Notes under the pieces: generated by a model
Seen by the model: the letters and a program-made list of their open reading frames with translations, nothing else
Databases searched by the model: none
What the model was told of the DNA's origin: nothing
Program-made: the position numbers and the translations under genes
Origin: an uncultured Chloroflexia bacterium
GTDB lineage: Bacteria; Chloroflexota; Limnocylindria; Limnocylindrales; CSP1-4
Length of the DNA stretch: 64,000 nt
Reading direction: 5' to 3'
Assembly: GCA_963833225.1 (NCBI GenBank)
Contig: CAWHXD010000008.1
Span: 672,001 to 736,000 of the forward strand
In this document: positions 38,989 to 49,948 of the stretch, piece by piece
Numbering within the stretch: the stretch's first letter is position 1
Layout: the number at the start of each line of letters is the position of its first letter

Positions 38989-39969
38989 TCAGGCCCGTGC
39001 GGCCCTCGCGGCGGTCACCTGCGCGACCATGGCGGGGTCGTCGTCGAGCGCGACCAGGCGGTCGAGGAGATCGAGCTTCTCGCCCGCAAGCCCGCTCCAG
39101 CCGCTGTCGTCGTACAGCTGGACGAGCGCGAGGTGGAGCCCGACATGGTCGGGGTCCGCGGCCAGCGCGAGATAGCAGGCGTCCATCGCGGCCGCCATGC
39201 GTCCGGCCGTCCGGCTGACCGCCGCGACGTCGAGAAGGCGCTCGACGGCCAGCGCGCCGTCGCCGTCGTCGAGGGCCGCATCCGCGAGCCGCCTGAGCTC
39301 GCCCACGTCGGCGTCGGGCGGCAGGCCGCGCTCGAGCACGTGGCGGATGGCGGGCTCGTCTCGGGGCTGACCGGCGCCATCGACCGCCGGCAGCTCGTCG
39401 GTCGGCGCGGGGGCCAGCTGCGGATCATCGAGCGGCAGCAGGACCGCGACCGTTGGGGCCGCGATCGCGAGGCCCTCCAGCACGCCGAGCGCCCGCTCGA
39501 GGACGAGCCGTCCTGGCTCGTCGGGCTCCGATGCCCGCAGCCGCCCGATCAGCCGCTCGAGCGTCCGGCGCCGCTCGCGGCCCTCGGCCAGCTCGAGGGC
39601 CCGTCGTGCCGCATCGACCGCGTCTGACAGCCGGCCGCCGCCCGCGCGCTGGTCCGCCAGGGCGTCGAACGCCGTCGCCGCGTCGCCGCGTCGCCCGAGC
39701 GCCCCGAGCGCCTGGGCGCGGCCAAGCAGCGCGGCCTCGTCCCGCGGAGCCAGCGACAGGGCTCCGTCGTAGTACCGGAGCGCATCCGCCGGCCGCCCGC
39801 GTCGCAGGAGCGCGGTGCCGGCGCTCGTGTGTGGCGTCGGCCGTTCGGGAGCGATCGACGAGGCCTCGGCGTAGGCGTCGAGCGCCTCGTCCAGCCGGCC
39901 GTGCAGGGAGGCGACGTGGCCCCGCCTGAGCGCGTCCTTGTAGCGCTCGTAGAGTGCCTCGCCTGCCAC
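38989..39969 (-). CDS. Tetratricopeptide-repeat protein
   Basis: GRLDEALDAYAEA, GRPADALRYYDGAL, GRRGDAATAF helical repeats. Confidence 0.8.
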   Translation of the reverse strand: MAGEALYERYKDALRRGHVASLHGRLDEALDAYAEASSIAPERPTPHTSAGTALLRRGRPADALRYYDGALSLAPRDEAALLGRAQALGALGRRGDAATAFDALADQRAGGGRLSDAVDAARRALELAEGRERRRTLERLIGRLRASEPDEPGRLVLERALGVLEGLAIAAPTVAVLLPLDDPQLAPAPTDELPAVDGAGQPRDEPAIRHVLERGLPPDADVGELRRLADAALDDGDGALAVERLLDVAAVSRTAGRMAAAMDACYLALAADPDHVGLHLALVQLYDDSGWSGLAGEKLDLLDRLVALDDDPAMVAQVTAARAARA

Positions 39970-39995
39970 CGCGTGTCTCCCTCCCGCTGCCGCCG

Positions 39996-40934
39996 TCAGC
40001 CGCCGAGGAGCTCGACGAGGAGCGCCTTCTGGGCGTGGAGCCGGTTCTCGGACTGCTCGAAGATGATGCTCCCCGGCCCGTCCATCACGTCGGACGTGAT
40101 CTCCTCGCCCCGGTGGGCCGGGAGGCAGTGCATGACCGCTGCCCCGCCGGCGATGGCCATCAGGTCCGCGTTGACCTGGTACCGGGCAAAGGCGTCACGT
40201 CGCTCCTCGGCCTCAGCCTCCTGGCCCATCGATGTCCAGGCGTCGGTGTACACGGCGGCTGCGCCCGCCACGGCCTCGCGGGGGTCCTCCGTGAACACCA
40301 GCCGGGCCCCCGACGCCGCCGCGATCTCGCGGGCGCGGGCCACGATCCGCTCATTGGGCCCATAGCCGACCGGGTGGGCAAGGCGAACCTCCATGCCCAG
40401 GGTGGCGCCCATCAGGACCAGCGAGTGATAGACGTTGTTGCCGTCCCCGACGAACGCGAGGACGCAGCCGCGCAGGTCGCCGAACCGCTCGTGAAGGGTG
40501 AACAGGTCGGCCAGCGCCTGGCACGGGTGCTCGCGGATGGTCAGCCCGTTGATCACCGGTATGGACGCGCGGGCCGCGAGCTCCACGACGACCTCGTGGG
40601 GGCCGGTGCGGGCCATGATCGCGTCCACGAACCCCTCGAGGTTGCGGGCCACGTCGCCCACCGACTCGCGCCCCCCGAGCACGACACCCTCGGTGAGGTA
40701 GATCGCGTGCCCGCCCAGCTGGGTCATGCCCGCCTCGAACGTCACCCGGGTCCGGAGCGACGGCTTCTGGAACAGCATGGCGAGCGTCCGCCGTTCGAGC
40801 GGCGGGTTCGGATGCACCCTCGAGGCGCGGTACTCGGCCTTGAGATCGGTCGCCAGCGCGAACAGGCAGCCGATTTCCTCCGCCGACAGGTCGGCGGCAC
40901 TGACGAGGTCCCGTCCGCGAAGGCTGCTGCTCAT
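39996..40934 (-). CDS. argF: Ornithine carbamoyltransferase
   Basis: PSLRTR, HPCQALAD, GDGNNV, YTDAWTSMG, MHCLPAHRGEE. Confidence 0.95.
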   Translation of the reverse strand: MSSSLRGRDLVSAADLSAEEIGCLFALATDLKAEYRASRVHPNPPLERRTLAMLFQKPSLRTRVTFEAGMTQLGGHAIYLTEGVVLGGRESVGDVARNLEGFVDAIMARTGPHEVVVELAARASIPVINGLTIREHPCQALADLFTLHERFGDLRGCVLAFVGDGNNVYHSLVLMGATLGMEVRLAHPVGYGPNERIVARAREIAAASGARLVFTEDPREAVAGAAAVYTDAWTSMGQEAEAEERRDAFARYQVNADLMAIAGGAAVMHCLPAHRGEEITSDVMDGPGSIIFEQSENRLHAQKALLVELLGG

Positions 40935-40994
40935 GGCGTCATGTCCCGGGTGACGCAACGGCCGGGCGGGATCCGCCCCGCCCGGGCCGGGCGA

Positions 40995-41393
40995 CTAGCG
41001 CTTGGTGTACTGCGGCGCCTTGCGGGCGCGCTTGAGGCCGTACTTCTTGCGCTCCTTCATCCGCGGGTCCCGGGTCAGGAGACCGGCCTGGCGGAGCGGG
41101 AGGCGATAGCTCTCGGGATCGGACTGGAGCAGCGCGCGGGCAATGCCGTGGCGGATCGCGCCGGCCTGCCCGGTGGTGCCACCGCCCTCGACCTTGATCA
41201 TCGTGTTGTAGCGGCCCTCGGTCCCGGTCACCCGGAACGGGAGGAACAGCTCGGCCTCACCAAGGATGCCCCCGAAGTGCTCCTCCGGGGTGCGCCCGTT
41301 GACGACCATCTGGCCTTCACCGGGAATGAGGCGAACGCGGGCAACCGCCGTCTTGCGGCGGCCGGTGCCCCAATAGAACGCAGGTGTCGACAT
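40995..41393 (-). CDS. rpsI: 30S ribosomal protein S9
   Basis: [12 protein letters not shown]...[18 protein letters not shown]. Confidence 0.98.
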   Translation of the reverse strand: MSTPAFYWGTGRRKTAVARVRLIPGEGQMVVNGRTPEEHFGGILGEAELFLPFRVTGTEGRYNTMIKVEGGGTTGQAGAIRHGIARALLQSDPESYRLPLRQAGLLTRDPRMKERKKYGLKRARKAPQYTKR

Positions 41394-41406
41394 CAGGGCT
41401 CCTCGC

Positions 41407-41838
41407 TCAGGCAAGCGGTTCGGGCTTCTGGGCCTGGTGGGGATGGTCGTTCCCCGCGTAGACCTTCAACTTCCGAAGCATCTGGGTTCCGAGGCGGTTG
41501 TGCGGCAGCATCCCCTTCACCGTCCGGCGGATGACCTCCTCGGGACGGCGGGCAAGCAGGTGACCAAGGGTCTCCTCCTTGAAGCCACCGGGGTAGCCGC
41601 TGTGGCGCGCGTAGACCTTGGACTCCAACTTGTCGCGGGTCACGGTGATCTTGGTCGCATTGAGGACGATGACATGGTCGCCGGTGTCCATGTGGGCGGC
41701 GTAGGTGGGCTTGTGCTTGCCCTCGAGGACATGCGCGATCCGCGTCGCGAGGCGGCCGAGCGTCTCGTCCGTCGCGTCGACGACGTACCAGCGTCGCTCG
41801 ATCTCGCTCTCTCGAGGCGTATAGGTCTTCGCGCTCAT
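41407..41838 (-). CDS. rplM: 50S ribosomal protein L13
   Basis: WYVVDA, LGRLAT, GKHKPTY, HSGYPGG. Confidence 0.98.
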   Translation of the reverse strand: MSAKTYTPRESEIERRWYVVDATDETLGRLATRIAHVLEGKHKPTYAAHMDTGDHVIVLNATKITVTRDKLESKVYARHSGYPGGFKEETLGHLLARRPEEVIRRTVKGMLPHNRLGTQMLRKLKVYAGNDHPHQAQKPEPLA

Positions 41839-42593
41839 TCCTCGTCTTCCTTGTCGTCCGTCCGCGATCGTCCGAGGACGACGCGCCGGAGGCAGAGCCC
41901 CTTTGCCGGAGCCGCTGCCCCGCTGAGGGCCGGCACCCGTCCGGCGAGCGCCGCTCGGAGTGCCGCTTCATCGATCTTGCCTGCGCCGACCTCCAGGAGG
42001 CCGGCGACCATCCTCCGGACCTGCCCCCGCAGGAAGGAGTCCGCCCGGACGTCGATCGTCACCAGGCGACCATCCTCCCGGACCCGGACCATGTAGACGG
42101 TCCGGACCGGTGACCGGTCCGTGCCGCCGAAGGCCGAGAAGTCGTGGCGACCCAGGTAGGCCGACGCGGCACTCGCCATGGCGGCGATGTCGAGCGGGGC
42201 CCGCACCCCGAGCGCCTGACGCTCGCGGAGCGGGCTGCGCGGCCCGTTCCAGACGGTGTAGCGATACTCCCGGTACCGCGCCGCGTAGCGAGGGTGGAAC
42301 CCGTCGGGCGCCCGTCGAAGGTCGCGGATCGCGACATCCGGCGGGAGCAGGGCGTTGACCGCCCGCTGGAGCCTCGGCCCCGGTACCGCGCCCTGGTAGG
42401 TGAATGCGATCACCTGGCCGATGGCGTGGACCCCGGCATCCGTGCGTCCTGCCCCGTCGACCACGACCCGCTCGCCTCGGGCGAGGCGGGCAAGCGCGGT
42501 CTCGAGCTCTCCCTGGACCGTCCGGGCATTCGGCTGGAGCTGAAACCCGGCAAAGTCCGTTCCGTCGTATTCACACCGGGCGCGGTAGCGCAT
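41835..42593 (-). CDS. truA: tRNA pseudouridine(38-40) synthase
   Basis: [28 protein letters not shown]. Confidence 0.97.
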   Translation of the reverse strand: MRYRARCEYDGTDFAGFQLQPNARTVQGELETALARLARGERVVVDGAGRTDAGVHAIGQVIAFTYQGAVPGPRLQRAVNALLPPDVAIRDLRRAPDGFHPRYAARYREYRYTVWNGPRSPLRERQALGVRAPLDIAAMASAASAYLGRHDFSAFGGTDRSPVRTVYMVRVREDGRLVTIDVRADSFLRGQVRRMVAGLLEVGAGKIDEAALRAALAGRVPALSGAAAPAKGLCLRRVVLGRSRTDDKEDEE

Positions 42594-42631
42594 CGGTCGA
42601 GTCCTCTCGGACTCTTGTCAGATCGGGCTGG

Positions 42632-42988
42632 TCAGACCAGCTCGATCTGGAAGATCTCCGCCGCGTCGCCCTTTCGCTGGCCGATGTGCACCAGCCGGGT
42701 GTAGCCAGAGGTGCGGTCGGCGTACTTGGGGGCGATCACGTCGAACAGCTTGGCGACGACGAGCGGCTCGTTCGGGAACTCCGAGACGACCGCACGCCGG
42801 GCCGCGAGGTCACCGCGCTTCGCGATGGTGATCATGCGCTCGACGCGGCCGCGGATCTCCTTGGCCTTGGCCTCGGTGGTCTGCACCCGCTCGTAGCGGA
42901 GGACCGACACCGTGAGGTTCTTGTAGAGCGCGAGGCGGGGTCCGCGCTTGCGCGAGAGCTTGCGGCCGTCAACCCGGTGCGAGGACAT
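42632..42988 (-). CDS. rplQ: 50S ribosomal protein L17
   Basis: TTEAKAKE, SGYTR, RKGDAA. Confidence 0.97.
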   Translation of the reverse strand: MSSHRVDGRKLSRKRGPRLALYKNLTVSVLRYERVQTTEAKAKEIRGRVERMITIAKRGDLAARRAVVSEFPNEPLVVAKLFDVIAPKYADRTSGYTRLVHIGQRKGDAAEIFQIELV

Positions 42989-42991
42989 CGC

Positions 42992-43996
42992 TCAGGCCTC
43001 CTCGTCGCCGTCGAAGGGCTCGTCGGTGACCTCGTCAACGGCCTCGTCGAAGGCCGACTCGGCCTCTTCCTCGGGGAGGATGAAGCCGCGCATGCGGAGG
43101 CGCTCCTTCATCTCGTCGAGCGACTTCTTGCCGAAGTTGCGCATCCGGAGGAGGTCGTCGTCCTTGAGCTGGAGGAGCTGGCCGACCTTCACGATGTTGT
43201 TGCGCTTGAGCGAGTTGTAGGCCCGCATCGGCAGGTCCAGCTCCTCGATCGGCATGTCGAGCATGTTCGGAGGCAGCTGCGGGACGCCGGGGGCGGCGCG
43301 GTCCGGCACGGCAGCCTGGACGCCGATCGTGACGAATGGCTGGAACTGGTGCACGAGCGTGTCGGCGGACCGGCTGAGGGCCTCCTCCGGGGTGATCGTG
43401 CCGTCGGTCTCGATCTCGATCGTGAGCTTGTCGAAGTTGGTCATCTGACCGACCCGCATGCTCTCGACCCAGTAGTTGACCTTCCGGACGGGCGTGAAGA
43501 TCGCGTCGACCGCGATGACGCCGATCGGGAGGGCCTCGGAGCGCTCGGCGGCCAGGTAGCCGACGCCGCGCTCGACGGTGAGGTCCATCTCGATGGTCAC
43601 GTCGTCCGAGTCGATCGTCATGAGCACGAGCTCGGGGTTGACGATCTCCACGTCGGCCGACTCGGCGACGTCCGCGGCGATGACGGGGCCGGCGCCGCTC
43701 TTGATCAGGCGCAGCTGGACCGGGTGCGACGCGAAGCTCTTGAGACGGAGCTTCTTGATGTTCAGGACGATCTGCGTGACGTCTTCCTTGACGCCGGGGA
43801 TCGTCGAGAACTCCTGGTACACGTCGCGGATCTGGATGGACGTCACGGCGGCGCCCTCGAGCGAGGACAGGAGCACGCGCCGGAGCGCGTTCCCCAGCGT
43901 GACGCCGTAGCCCGCCTGCAGCGGGCCGGCTTCGTACTTGGCGTACGTACCGGCTTCGGCGACGGGCTCGATCAGCGGGGTCTCGAGTTCGATCAT
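42992..43996 (-). CDS. rpoA: RNA polymerase alpha subunit
   Basis: GYGVTLGNALRRVLLSS, DAIFTPV, RNFGKKSLDE. Confidence 0.98.
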   Translation of the reverse strand: MIELETPLIEPVAEAGTYAKYEAGPLQAGYGVTLGNALRRVLLSSLEGAAVTSIQIRDVYQEFSTIPGVKEDVTQIVLNIKKLRLKSFASHPVQLRLIKSGAGPVIAADVAESADVEIVNPELVLMTIDSDDVTIEMDLTVERGVGYLAAERSEALPIGVIAVDAIFTPVRKVNYWVESMRVGQMTNFDKLTIEIETDGTITPEEALSRSADTLVHQFQPFVTIGVQAAVPDRAAPGVPQLPPNMLDMPIEELDLPMRAYNSLKRNNIVKVGQLLQLKDDDLLRMRNFGKKSLDEMKERLRMRGFILPEEEAESAFDEAVDEVTDEPFDGDEEA

Positions 43997-44005
43997 GGAG
44001 GGCGG

Positions 44006-44632
44006 CTACCTCGAGTAGTACTCGACCACGAGCTGCTCGTTGAAGTCGAGCGGCATCTGGTCACGGCGTGGCATGGCGAGCACGGAGCCGGCGAGCTTGT
44101 CGGCATCCAGGCTCAGCCAGTCAGGCGCCTGGTGTGAGCGAAGGGTCTCTTTCACGGTCTTGAACAGCTCGCGCTCCTGGTGAGAAGCGCGGACCTCGAT
44201 CCGATCGCCCACCTTGAGGCGATACGACGGGATGTTGGTCGGGACGCCGTTCACGGCAAAGTGGCCGTGGGCCACGATCTGGCGGGCGGCGGCGCGCGAG
44301 GGCGCGAACCCGAGCCGGTAGGCCACGTTGTCGAGGCGGAGCTCCAGCGAGCGGAGCAGCGCCTCGCCCGTCACGCCGGTCTGGCGGGTGGCCTCGATGA
44401 AGTAGTTGCGGAACTGCTTCTCGAGGACGCCGTAGACGCGGCGGACCTTCTGCTTCTCGCGCAGCTGGAGGCCGTAGTCCCCCACCTTGCGGCGACGGAC
44501 GCCGTGCTGGCCCGGGGGCGTGGGACGCCGCTCGAACGAGCACTTCTTGCTGTAGCAGCGGCTGCCCTTGAGGAAGAGCTTGAGCCCTTCCCGGCGGCAC
44601 AGCCGGCAAACGGGGTCGGTGTAGCGGGCCAT
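44006..44632 (-). CDS. rpsD: 30S ribosomal protein S4 (Cys-containing type)
   Basis: [37 protein letters not shown]. Confidence 0.98.
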   Translation of the reverse strand: MARYTDPVCRLCRREGLKLFLKGSRCYSKKCSFERRPTPPGQHGVRRRKVGDYGLQLREKQKVRRVYGVLEKQFRNYFIEATRQTGVTGEALLRSLELRLDNVAYRLGFAPSRAAARQIVAHGHFAVNGVPTNIPSYRLKVGDRIEVRASHQERELFKTVKETLRSHQAPDWLSLDADKLAGSVLAMPRRDQMPLDFNEQLVVEYYSR

Positions 44633-44645
44633 GGTCTCTTCCTGC

Positions 44646-45041
44646 TCAGACCCGGCGCCGCTTGGGCGGGCGGCAACCGTTGTGCGGGATGGGCGTGACG
44701 TCGGTGATCGCGCTCACCTCGAGGCCCGCGGCCTGGAGCGAGCGGATGGCCTGCTCGCGACCGGCACCGGGGCCCTTCACGTAGACCTCGACCTGGCGCA
44801 TGCCATGCTCCATGGCGCGCTTGGCGGCGCCCTCCGCGGCAAGCGCGGCGGCGTACGGCGTGCTCTTCCGGGAGCCCTTGAACCCGGCGATGCCTGCGGA
44901 ACCCCAGGAGATCACATTCCCAGTGAGGTCCGTGATCGTCACGATGGTGTTATTGAAGCTCGCCTGGATATGGACGTGCCCCTGCGGGACGTTCTTGCGC
45001 TCCCGGCGCCGCTGCTTGACGGCGCGCTTCCGATCGGCCAT
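44646..45041 (-). CDS. rpsK: 30S ribosomal protein S11
   Basis: [28 protein letters not shown]. Confidence 0.98.
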   Translation of the reverse strand: MADRKRAVKQRRRERKNVPQGHVHIQASFNNTIVTITDLTGNVISWGSAGIAGFKGSRKSTPYAAALAAEGAAKRAMEHGMRQVEVYVKGPGAGREQAIRSLQAAGLEVSAITDVTPIPHNGCRPPKRRRV

Positions 45042-45058
45042 GCGTTAGCGGTTCCTCG

Positions 45059-45430
45059 TCACTTCTTCTTGCGGGCGCCGACCGTTCGTTTCGGCCCCCG
45101 GCGCTGGCGGGCGTTGGTCTTGGTGCGCTGCCCGCGCACCGGGAGGTTGCGGCGGTGCCGGAGGCCCCGGTACGACCCGATCTCGATCAGGCGCTTGATG
45201 TTCAGCGCCACCTCGCGACGGAGGTCGCCCTCGACCTTGAACGTGCGGTCGATGACCTCACGCAGCCGGTTGACCTGGTCCTCGGTCAGATCCCGGACTC
45301 GCGTGTCCGGGTTGACGCTGGTCTGCTTCAGGATCTTCTGGCTGGAGCTCAGCCCGACCCCGTAGATATAGGTGAGTGCGACCTCCACGCGCTTCTCGCG
45401 CGGGATGTCGACGCCGGCGATACGTGCCAT
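45059..45430 (-). CDS. rpsM: 30S ribosomal protein S13
   Basis: [23 protein letters not shown]. Confidence 0.98.
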   Translation of the reverse strand: MARIAGVDIPREKRVEVALTYIYGVGLSSSQKILKQTSVNPDTRVRDLTEDQVNRLREVIDRTFKVEGDLRREVALNIKRLIEIGSYRGLRHRRNLPVRGQRTKTNARQRRGPKRTVGARKKK

Positions 45431-45433
45431 CCG

Positions 45434-45547
45434 TCAGCCCTGCCGCTGCTTGTGCTTGGGGTTCTCGCAGATGACCATCACGGTGCCGTGGCGCCGGATC
45501 ACCTTGCATTTGTCGCAACGCGTCTTCACGGACGCTCTGACCTTCAC
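45434..45547 (-). CDS. rpmJ: 50S ribosomal protein L36 (zinc type)
   Basis: Manual translation [37 protein letters not shown]. Confidence 0.97.
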   Translation of the reverse strand: MKVRASVKTRCDKCKVIRRHGTVMVICENPKHKQRQG

Positions 45548-45563
45548 CGGGTTCCTCGATCTC

Positions 45564-45782
45564 TCACTTCAAGCGATACGTGATCCGACCCCGAGTGAGG
45601 TCGTAGGGAGACAGCTCCACGCGGACGCGGTCCCCGGGCAGGATCCGGATGAAGTTCATCCGGAGCTTGCCACTGATGTGCGCGAGAACGCGATGGCCGT
45701 TCTCGAGCTCCACTGCGAACATGGTGTTCGGCAGCGGCTCGATCACTGTTCCTTCGACCTCGATCGCGTCCTTCTTCGCCAA
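45564..45782 (-). CDS. infA: Translation initiation factor IF-1
   Basis: [24 protein letters not shown]; TTG start. Confidence 0.97.
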   Translation of the reverse strand: MAKKDAIEVEGTVIEPLPNTMFAVELENGHRVLAHISGKLRMNFIRILPGDRVRVELSPYDLTRGRITYRLK

Positions 45783-45809
45783 CTGGCTCCCTGGTCCTTC
45801 TCAGCATGA

Positions 45810-45872
45810 GTGTCGGCCCGGCCGGGCCGACACACGAACGGTGAGGATATCAAACGCACGCGATTCCCACAA
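45810..45872 (-). promoter_or_regulatory. Internal promoter for the infA-alpha operon plus 5'-UTR hairpin
   Basis: TTGTGG-17nt-TATCCT with TG extension; perfect 24-bp palindrome at 45810-45833. Confidence 0.55.
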
Positions 45873-45888
45873 CATCATGCTCACCACC

Positions 45889-46677
45889 CTAGACCCGGGT
45901 CAGGATCTCGGCGCCATCGCCGGTGATGGCGATCGTGTGCTCGAAGTGCGCCGCCAGCGAGCGGTCGGCGGTCACCACCGTCCAGCCGTCGGCCAGCGTC
46001 TCGGTCTCCTCGCGCCCGATCATGAACATGGGCTCGATCGCCAGGCACAATCCCGGCTCAAGCCGGGCCCCCGGGCGACCGGTCCGGAAGTTGGGCACCG
46101 ATGGGTCCTCGTGCATCGAGGTCCCGATGCCGTGACCCGTGTAGCCCCGGACGATCCCGTAGCCGGCCGCCGTCGCGACGTCCTCGACAGCGGCGCCGAT
46201 GTCATCGATGTGGTTTCCCGGCCGGGCGGCGGCGATGCCCGCCATCAGGCCCAGGCGGGTGGTCTCCACCAGGTGGACCGCCTGCGGCGTGCCAGCATCC
46301 GGCCCGCCGCAGATGAAGCTCCGCGCGCCGTCGCCGTGCCAGTCCTTGTAGATGGCGCCCACATCCACGGACACGATCTGGCCGGCCCGAATCTCCCGGT
46401 CACCCGGGATACCGTGGACGATCTCGTGGTCGAGCGAGATGCAGGTGGACGCCTTGTAGGCATGCGGATCGCGGGGATCGTAGCGGCGTCCCCCGAGGTA
46501 GCCGAGGAATGACGGGATGCCACCCGATGCCCGGATGTGCGCCTCGGCGAGGCGGTCGATCTCGGCCGTGGACACGCCGGGCCGGAGGTTCTCCTCCACC
46601 AGCGCCAGGACCTCGGCCACGATCCGGCCGGCCGAGCGCATGGTCGCGATCTCGGCCCGCGAGTGGCGCTTGATCAT
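45889..46677 (-). CDS. map: Methionine aminopeptidase type I
   Basis: HEIVHGIPG, VDVG, GHGIG, HEDP, AIEPM, AHFEHT. Confidence 0.96.
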   Translation of the reverse strand: MIKRHSRAEIATMRSAGRIVAEVLALVEENLRPGVSTAEIDRLAEAHIRASGGIPSFLGYLGGRRYDPRDPHAYKASTCISLDHEIVHGIPGDREIRAGQIVSVDVGAIYKDWHGDGARSFICGGPDAGTPQAVHLVETTRLGLMAGIAAARPGNHIDDIGAAVEDVATAAGYGIVRGYTGHGIGTSMHEDPSVPNFRTGRPGARLEPGLCLAIEPMFMIGREETETLADGWTVVTADRSLAAHFEHTIAITGDGAEILTRV

Positions 46678-47348
46678 TCCTTCACCGCCGGGCTCACGCC
46701 GGCCGCGGCAAGGGCGCCGTCGATCGCGTCGGCGACCTCGGTGATGCCCTGCAGGCCGTCGACCGTCGCCAGGGCGCCCCCGCGCCGGTAGTGATCGATG
46801 ACCTCGGCCAGGGCCCCGAGCTGCTGGTCCATCCGTGCGCGGATGGTCTCGGGCTCGTCGTCCTTGCGCTGATACAGCTCGGAGCCGTCCAGGTCGCAGA
46901 CGCCGGACACCCGCGGCGGGCTCGAGGTCTCGTGATAGGGATGGCCGGCGGCTCGGCAGACCCAGCGGCCCGACATGCGCCGGATCAGCTCCTCGGCGGG
47001 CACGTCCACCAGGACGGCGGCGGAGACGCGCGCGTCACGTTCCGCGAGGGCCGCGTCGAGCGCGGCCGCCTGCATCGCGGTTCGCGGGAAGCCATCGAGG
47101 ATGACGCCGGCGGCCGCGTCCGGACGGCCCAGGCGCTCCAGCAGGAGCTTGACCGTGATCTCGTCGGGGACGAGCTGCCCCGCGTCCATGTACCGACGCG
47201 CATCCATGCCCAGGGCTGTCCCGTCTCGCACGGCGGCCCGGAACAGGTCCCCGGTGGCGACCACCGGGAGACCGAGCCGTGCTGCGAGCAGGGGGGCCTG
47301 GGTGCCCTTCCCGGCGCCGGGGGCGCCGAGCAGGACCACCACATTCAC
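46674..47348 (-). CDS. adk: Adenylate kinase
   Basis: LLGAPGAGKGTQA, TGDLFR, LDGFPRT, QRKDD. Confidence 0.96.
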   Translation of the reverse strand: MNVVVLLGAPGAGKGTQAPLLAARLGLPVVATGDLFRAAVRDGTALGMDARRYMDAGQLVPDEITVKLLLERLGRPDAAAGVILDGFPRTAMQAAALDAALAERDARVSAAVLVDVPAEELIRRMSGRWVCRAAGHPYHETSSPPRVSGVCDLDGSELYQRKDDEPETIRARMDQQLGALAEVIDHYRRGGALATVDGLQGITEVADAIDGALAAAGVSPAVKE

Positions 47349-48622
47349 CTGATGAATCCCTCGTACTGGCGAACCAGCAGCTGGGCTTCGAGCTGCTTCA
47401 TCGTCTCGACGACGACGGAGACCACGATCAGGATGCTCGTGCCACCCAGTGCGATTCCATTGAACTGCGGCTGGACGAGGCCGATGAACGGGGGCAGGGC
47501 CGCGACGATGCCCAGGAACAGGGCGCCGGCGACGGTGATCCTGGTGACCACCCGGGCAAGGTAATCCTGTGTGGGACGCCCCGGCCGGATGCCGGGGATG
47601 AAGCCGCCGTTCTTGCGCAGCTGCTCGGCGGTCTCGTCCGGTTTGAACGTGAACGCCGTGTAGAAGTACGTGAAGCCGACGGTCAGCAGGAAGTAGAGGA
47701 GGACGTACAGCCAGGAGCCCGTCCCCAGCCAGCTCCTGACGCCCTGCGCGATGTCCCCGATCGGCGATGGCGAGTTGATGAAGTAGCTCGCGATCTGGCT
47801 CGGGAACAGCAGGATGCTGACCGCGAAGATGATCGGGATCACGCCGGCCTGGTTGACGCGCAGCGGCAGGAACGTCTGGCCGCCCTGGTACATCCGCCGG
47901 CCACGCACGCGCGACGCGTACTGGATGGGGATGCGGCGCTGGCCTTCCTGGATGTAGATGATCACCGCGACCGCGGCGATGGCCACGATGGCGAGGAGCA
48001 TGATCTGGGCCAGGTCCGGGCTCTCGAGGAAGCCCGCGACGGCGGTCGGGACGCGGCTCACGATGCCCGCGAAGATGATGAACGAGACGCCGTTGCCAAT
48101 CCCCTTCTCGGTGATCAGCTCGCCCAGCCACATCAGGGTCATCGAGCCGGCCGTGAGGGTGACGATCTGGGTCCAGGTCTCCCAGGTCCCGAAGTCGAAC
48201 GGGGTGTTGAGGGCGCCGCTGCTCGAGAGCAGGGCGAGGAACCCGTACGACTGGAGCAGGGACATCGGCACCGCGAGGTACCGGGTGTACTGGTTGATCT
48301 TCTGGCGACCGTACTCGCCCTCGCGCTGGAGCGCCTGGAGCGATGGCACCACGCCCGTCATCAGCTGCATGATGATCGACGCGTTGATGTACGGGTTCAC
48401 ACCCAGGGCGACGACCGAGAAGTTGGCGAGGCCACCGCCGGAGAACAGGTCGAGCAGCCCGAAGATCGGGTTCTGGTCGAGGAACGAGCGAAGCTCCTGG
48501 CTGTTGATGCCAGGAACCGGCACGTGCGCCAGCAGCCGGAAGACCAGCAGGATCCCCGCGACATAGAGGATCCGGCGCCGGAGGTCCGGCGCCCGGAAGG
48601 CGTTGAGAAGGGCCTCGAACAC
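47345..48622 (-). CDS. secY: Preprotein translocase subunit SecY
   Basis: ALGVNPYINASII, GIGNGVS, IPGIRPG, GGTSILI. Confidence 0.98.
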   Translation of the reverse strand: MFEALLNAFRAPDLRRRILYVAGILLVFRLLAHVPVPGINSQELRSFLDQNPIFGLLDLFSGGGLANFSVVALGVNPYINASIIMQLMTGVVPSLQALQREGEYGRQKINQYTRYLAVPMSLLQSYGFLALLSSSGALNTPFDFGTWETWTQIVTLTAGSMTLMWLGELITEKGIGNGVSFIIFAGIVSRVPTAVAGFLESPDLAQIMLLAIVAIAAVAVIIYIQEGQRRIPIQYASRVRGRRMYQGGQTFLPLRVNQAGVIPIIFAVSILLFPSQIASYFINSPSPIGDIAQGVRSWLGTGSWLYVLLYFLLTVGFTYFYTAFTFKPDETAEQLRKNGGFIPGIRPGRPTQDYLARVVTRITVAGALFLGIVAALPPFIGLVQPQFNGIALGGTSILIVVSVVVETMKQLEAQLLVRQYEGFIR

Positions 48623-48628
48623 GGGGCG

Positions 48629-49195
48629 CTACGCGTCGTCGGCCGCGGCCCCGGCGGCCTCGGCGGACGCGGCCTCGGCGGCCGGCTCGACGCCGAGCGC
48701 GGCAAGCGGCTCGGACGGGATCTCGATGACCTGCGCCGTGCCTCCGGCCGCCTCGATCTTCTCGCGGGCGCTCTTGGTGAACGCATCGGCCAGCACGAAC
48801 AGCGGGGTGGTGACCTCGCCGGCGCCCAGGATCTTGAGCGGGAAGCGATCGCGCCGGACCAGGCCGGCGGCCTTGAGGGTGTCGGCGTTGATCGTGACCG
48901 GGGCGCCCTTCTCCTGCTGGAGCTTGCCGGCGTCGACCGCCGCGGTGATGGCACCGACGTTCACGACCTCGTACTCGATGTCGTTGATGTTGCGGAAGCC
49001 GCGGAGCTTCGGGATCCGGATGTGGATCGGGGTCTGGCCACCTTCGAACCAGGCCGGGATCGAGGCGCCGGCGCGCGAGCGCTGGCCCTTGGTGCCGCGG
49101 CCGGCGGTCTTCCCCTTGCCCGCCGCGATCCCGCGTCCGACTCGCGTCTTCCTGGTGACCGACCCCTCGGCGGGATGCAGGTCGTGGATCTTCAT
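48629..49195 (-). CDS. rplO: 50S ribosomal protein L15
   Basis: RVGRG...GKTAGRGTKGQ, FEGGQTP. Confidence 0.97.
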   Translation of the reverse strand: MKIHDLHPAEGSVTRKTRVGRGIAAGKGKTAGRGTKGQRSRAGASIPAWFEGGQTPIHIRIPKLRGFRNINDIEYEVVNVGAITAAVDAGKLQQEKGAPVTINADTLKAAGLVRRDRFPLKILGAGEVTTPLFVLADAFTKSAREKIEAAGGTAQVIEIPSEPLAALGVEPAAEAASAEAAGAAADDA

Positions 49196-49407
49196 CAGGA
49201 CTTCTCCGGGCTGGTCGCGCCCTCGGGGAGCTCCTCGACGGTCACGAGGAACCTGACCTGCCGGACCATCCCGCGGACAGCGGGGTTGTCCGGCAGGATC
49301 GACGAGCTGCCGATGCCGTGCAGGCCCAGCGCTCGGATCGTCGCCCGGTTGCGGTGGATATGGCTGATGGTGCTCTTGGTCTGCGTGACCTTCAGGCTAC
49401 CGGGCAT
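49195..49407 (-). CDS. rpmD: 50S ribosomal protein L30
   Basis: [10 protein letters not shown]...ALGL...PAVRGMV. Confidence 0.95.
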   Translation of the reverse strand: MPGSLKVTQTKSTISHIHRNRATIRALGLHGIGSSSILPDNPAVRGMVRQVRFLVTVEELPEGATSPEKS

Positions 49408-49939
49408 CGGGCGCCTCCCTGAGCGCTGCGGCCGGCTGGCCGGGGACGACCAGGTGGATCTTGACGCCACGCATCCGCTCCACCTGCTCCACGGAGCGGA
49501 GGCTCTGCAGCGCGATGAGCGTGGCGCGGGTCACGTTCACCGGGTTGGTGGAACCGTGCACCTTGGCCAGGATGTCGCGGACGCCCGCCGCCTCGACAAC
49601 GGCGCGGACAGCGCCGCCGGCGATGACGCCGGTGCCCTTGGAGGCCGGCTTGAGCAGCACCCGCGCGGCGGCGTACTCCTGGCGGACCTCGTGCGGGATC
49701 GTCGTCCCGACCATCGGGATCTTCACGATGTGCTTCTTCGCGTCCTCGACGCCCTTGCGGATGCTCTCGGGCACGTCACCGGCCTTGCCGAGGCCGACGC
49801 CGACGTGGCCGTTGCCGTCGCCCACGACGATGACCGCCGAGAACGAGAAGCGCCGGCCGCCCTTGTGCACCTTGGCGACGCGGTTGATCTGGACGACGCG
49901 CTCCTCGAGCGCGAGCTTGTTGGGGTCGATGCGGGCCAC
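49397..49939 (-). CDS. rpsE: 30S ribosomal protein S5
   Basis: [24 protein letters not shown]. Confidence 0.98.
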   Translation of the reverse strand: MARIDPNKLALEERVVQINRVAKVHKGGRRFSFSAVIVVGDGNGHVGVGLGKAGDVPESIRKGVEDAKKHIVKIPMVGTTIPHEVRQEYAAARVLLKPASKGTGVIAGGAVRAVVEAAGVRDILAKVHGSTNPVNVTRATLIALQSLRSVEQVERMRGVKIHLVVPGQPAAALREAPDAR

Positions 49940-49948
49940 AGGCGTCTC

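Noticed and set aside
39996-40934. N-acetyl/succinyl-ornithine transcarbamylase (because of SLRT)
   Set aside because: DxxxSMG and HCLPAHRG motifs are those of canonical OTCase
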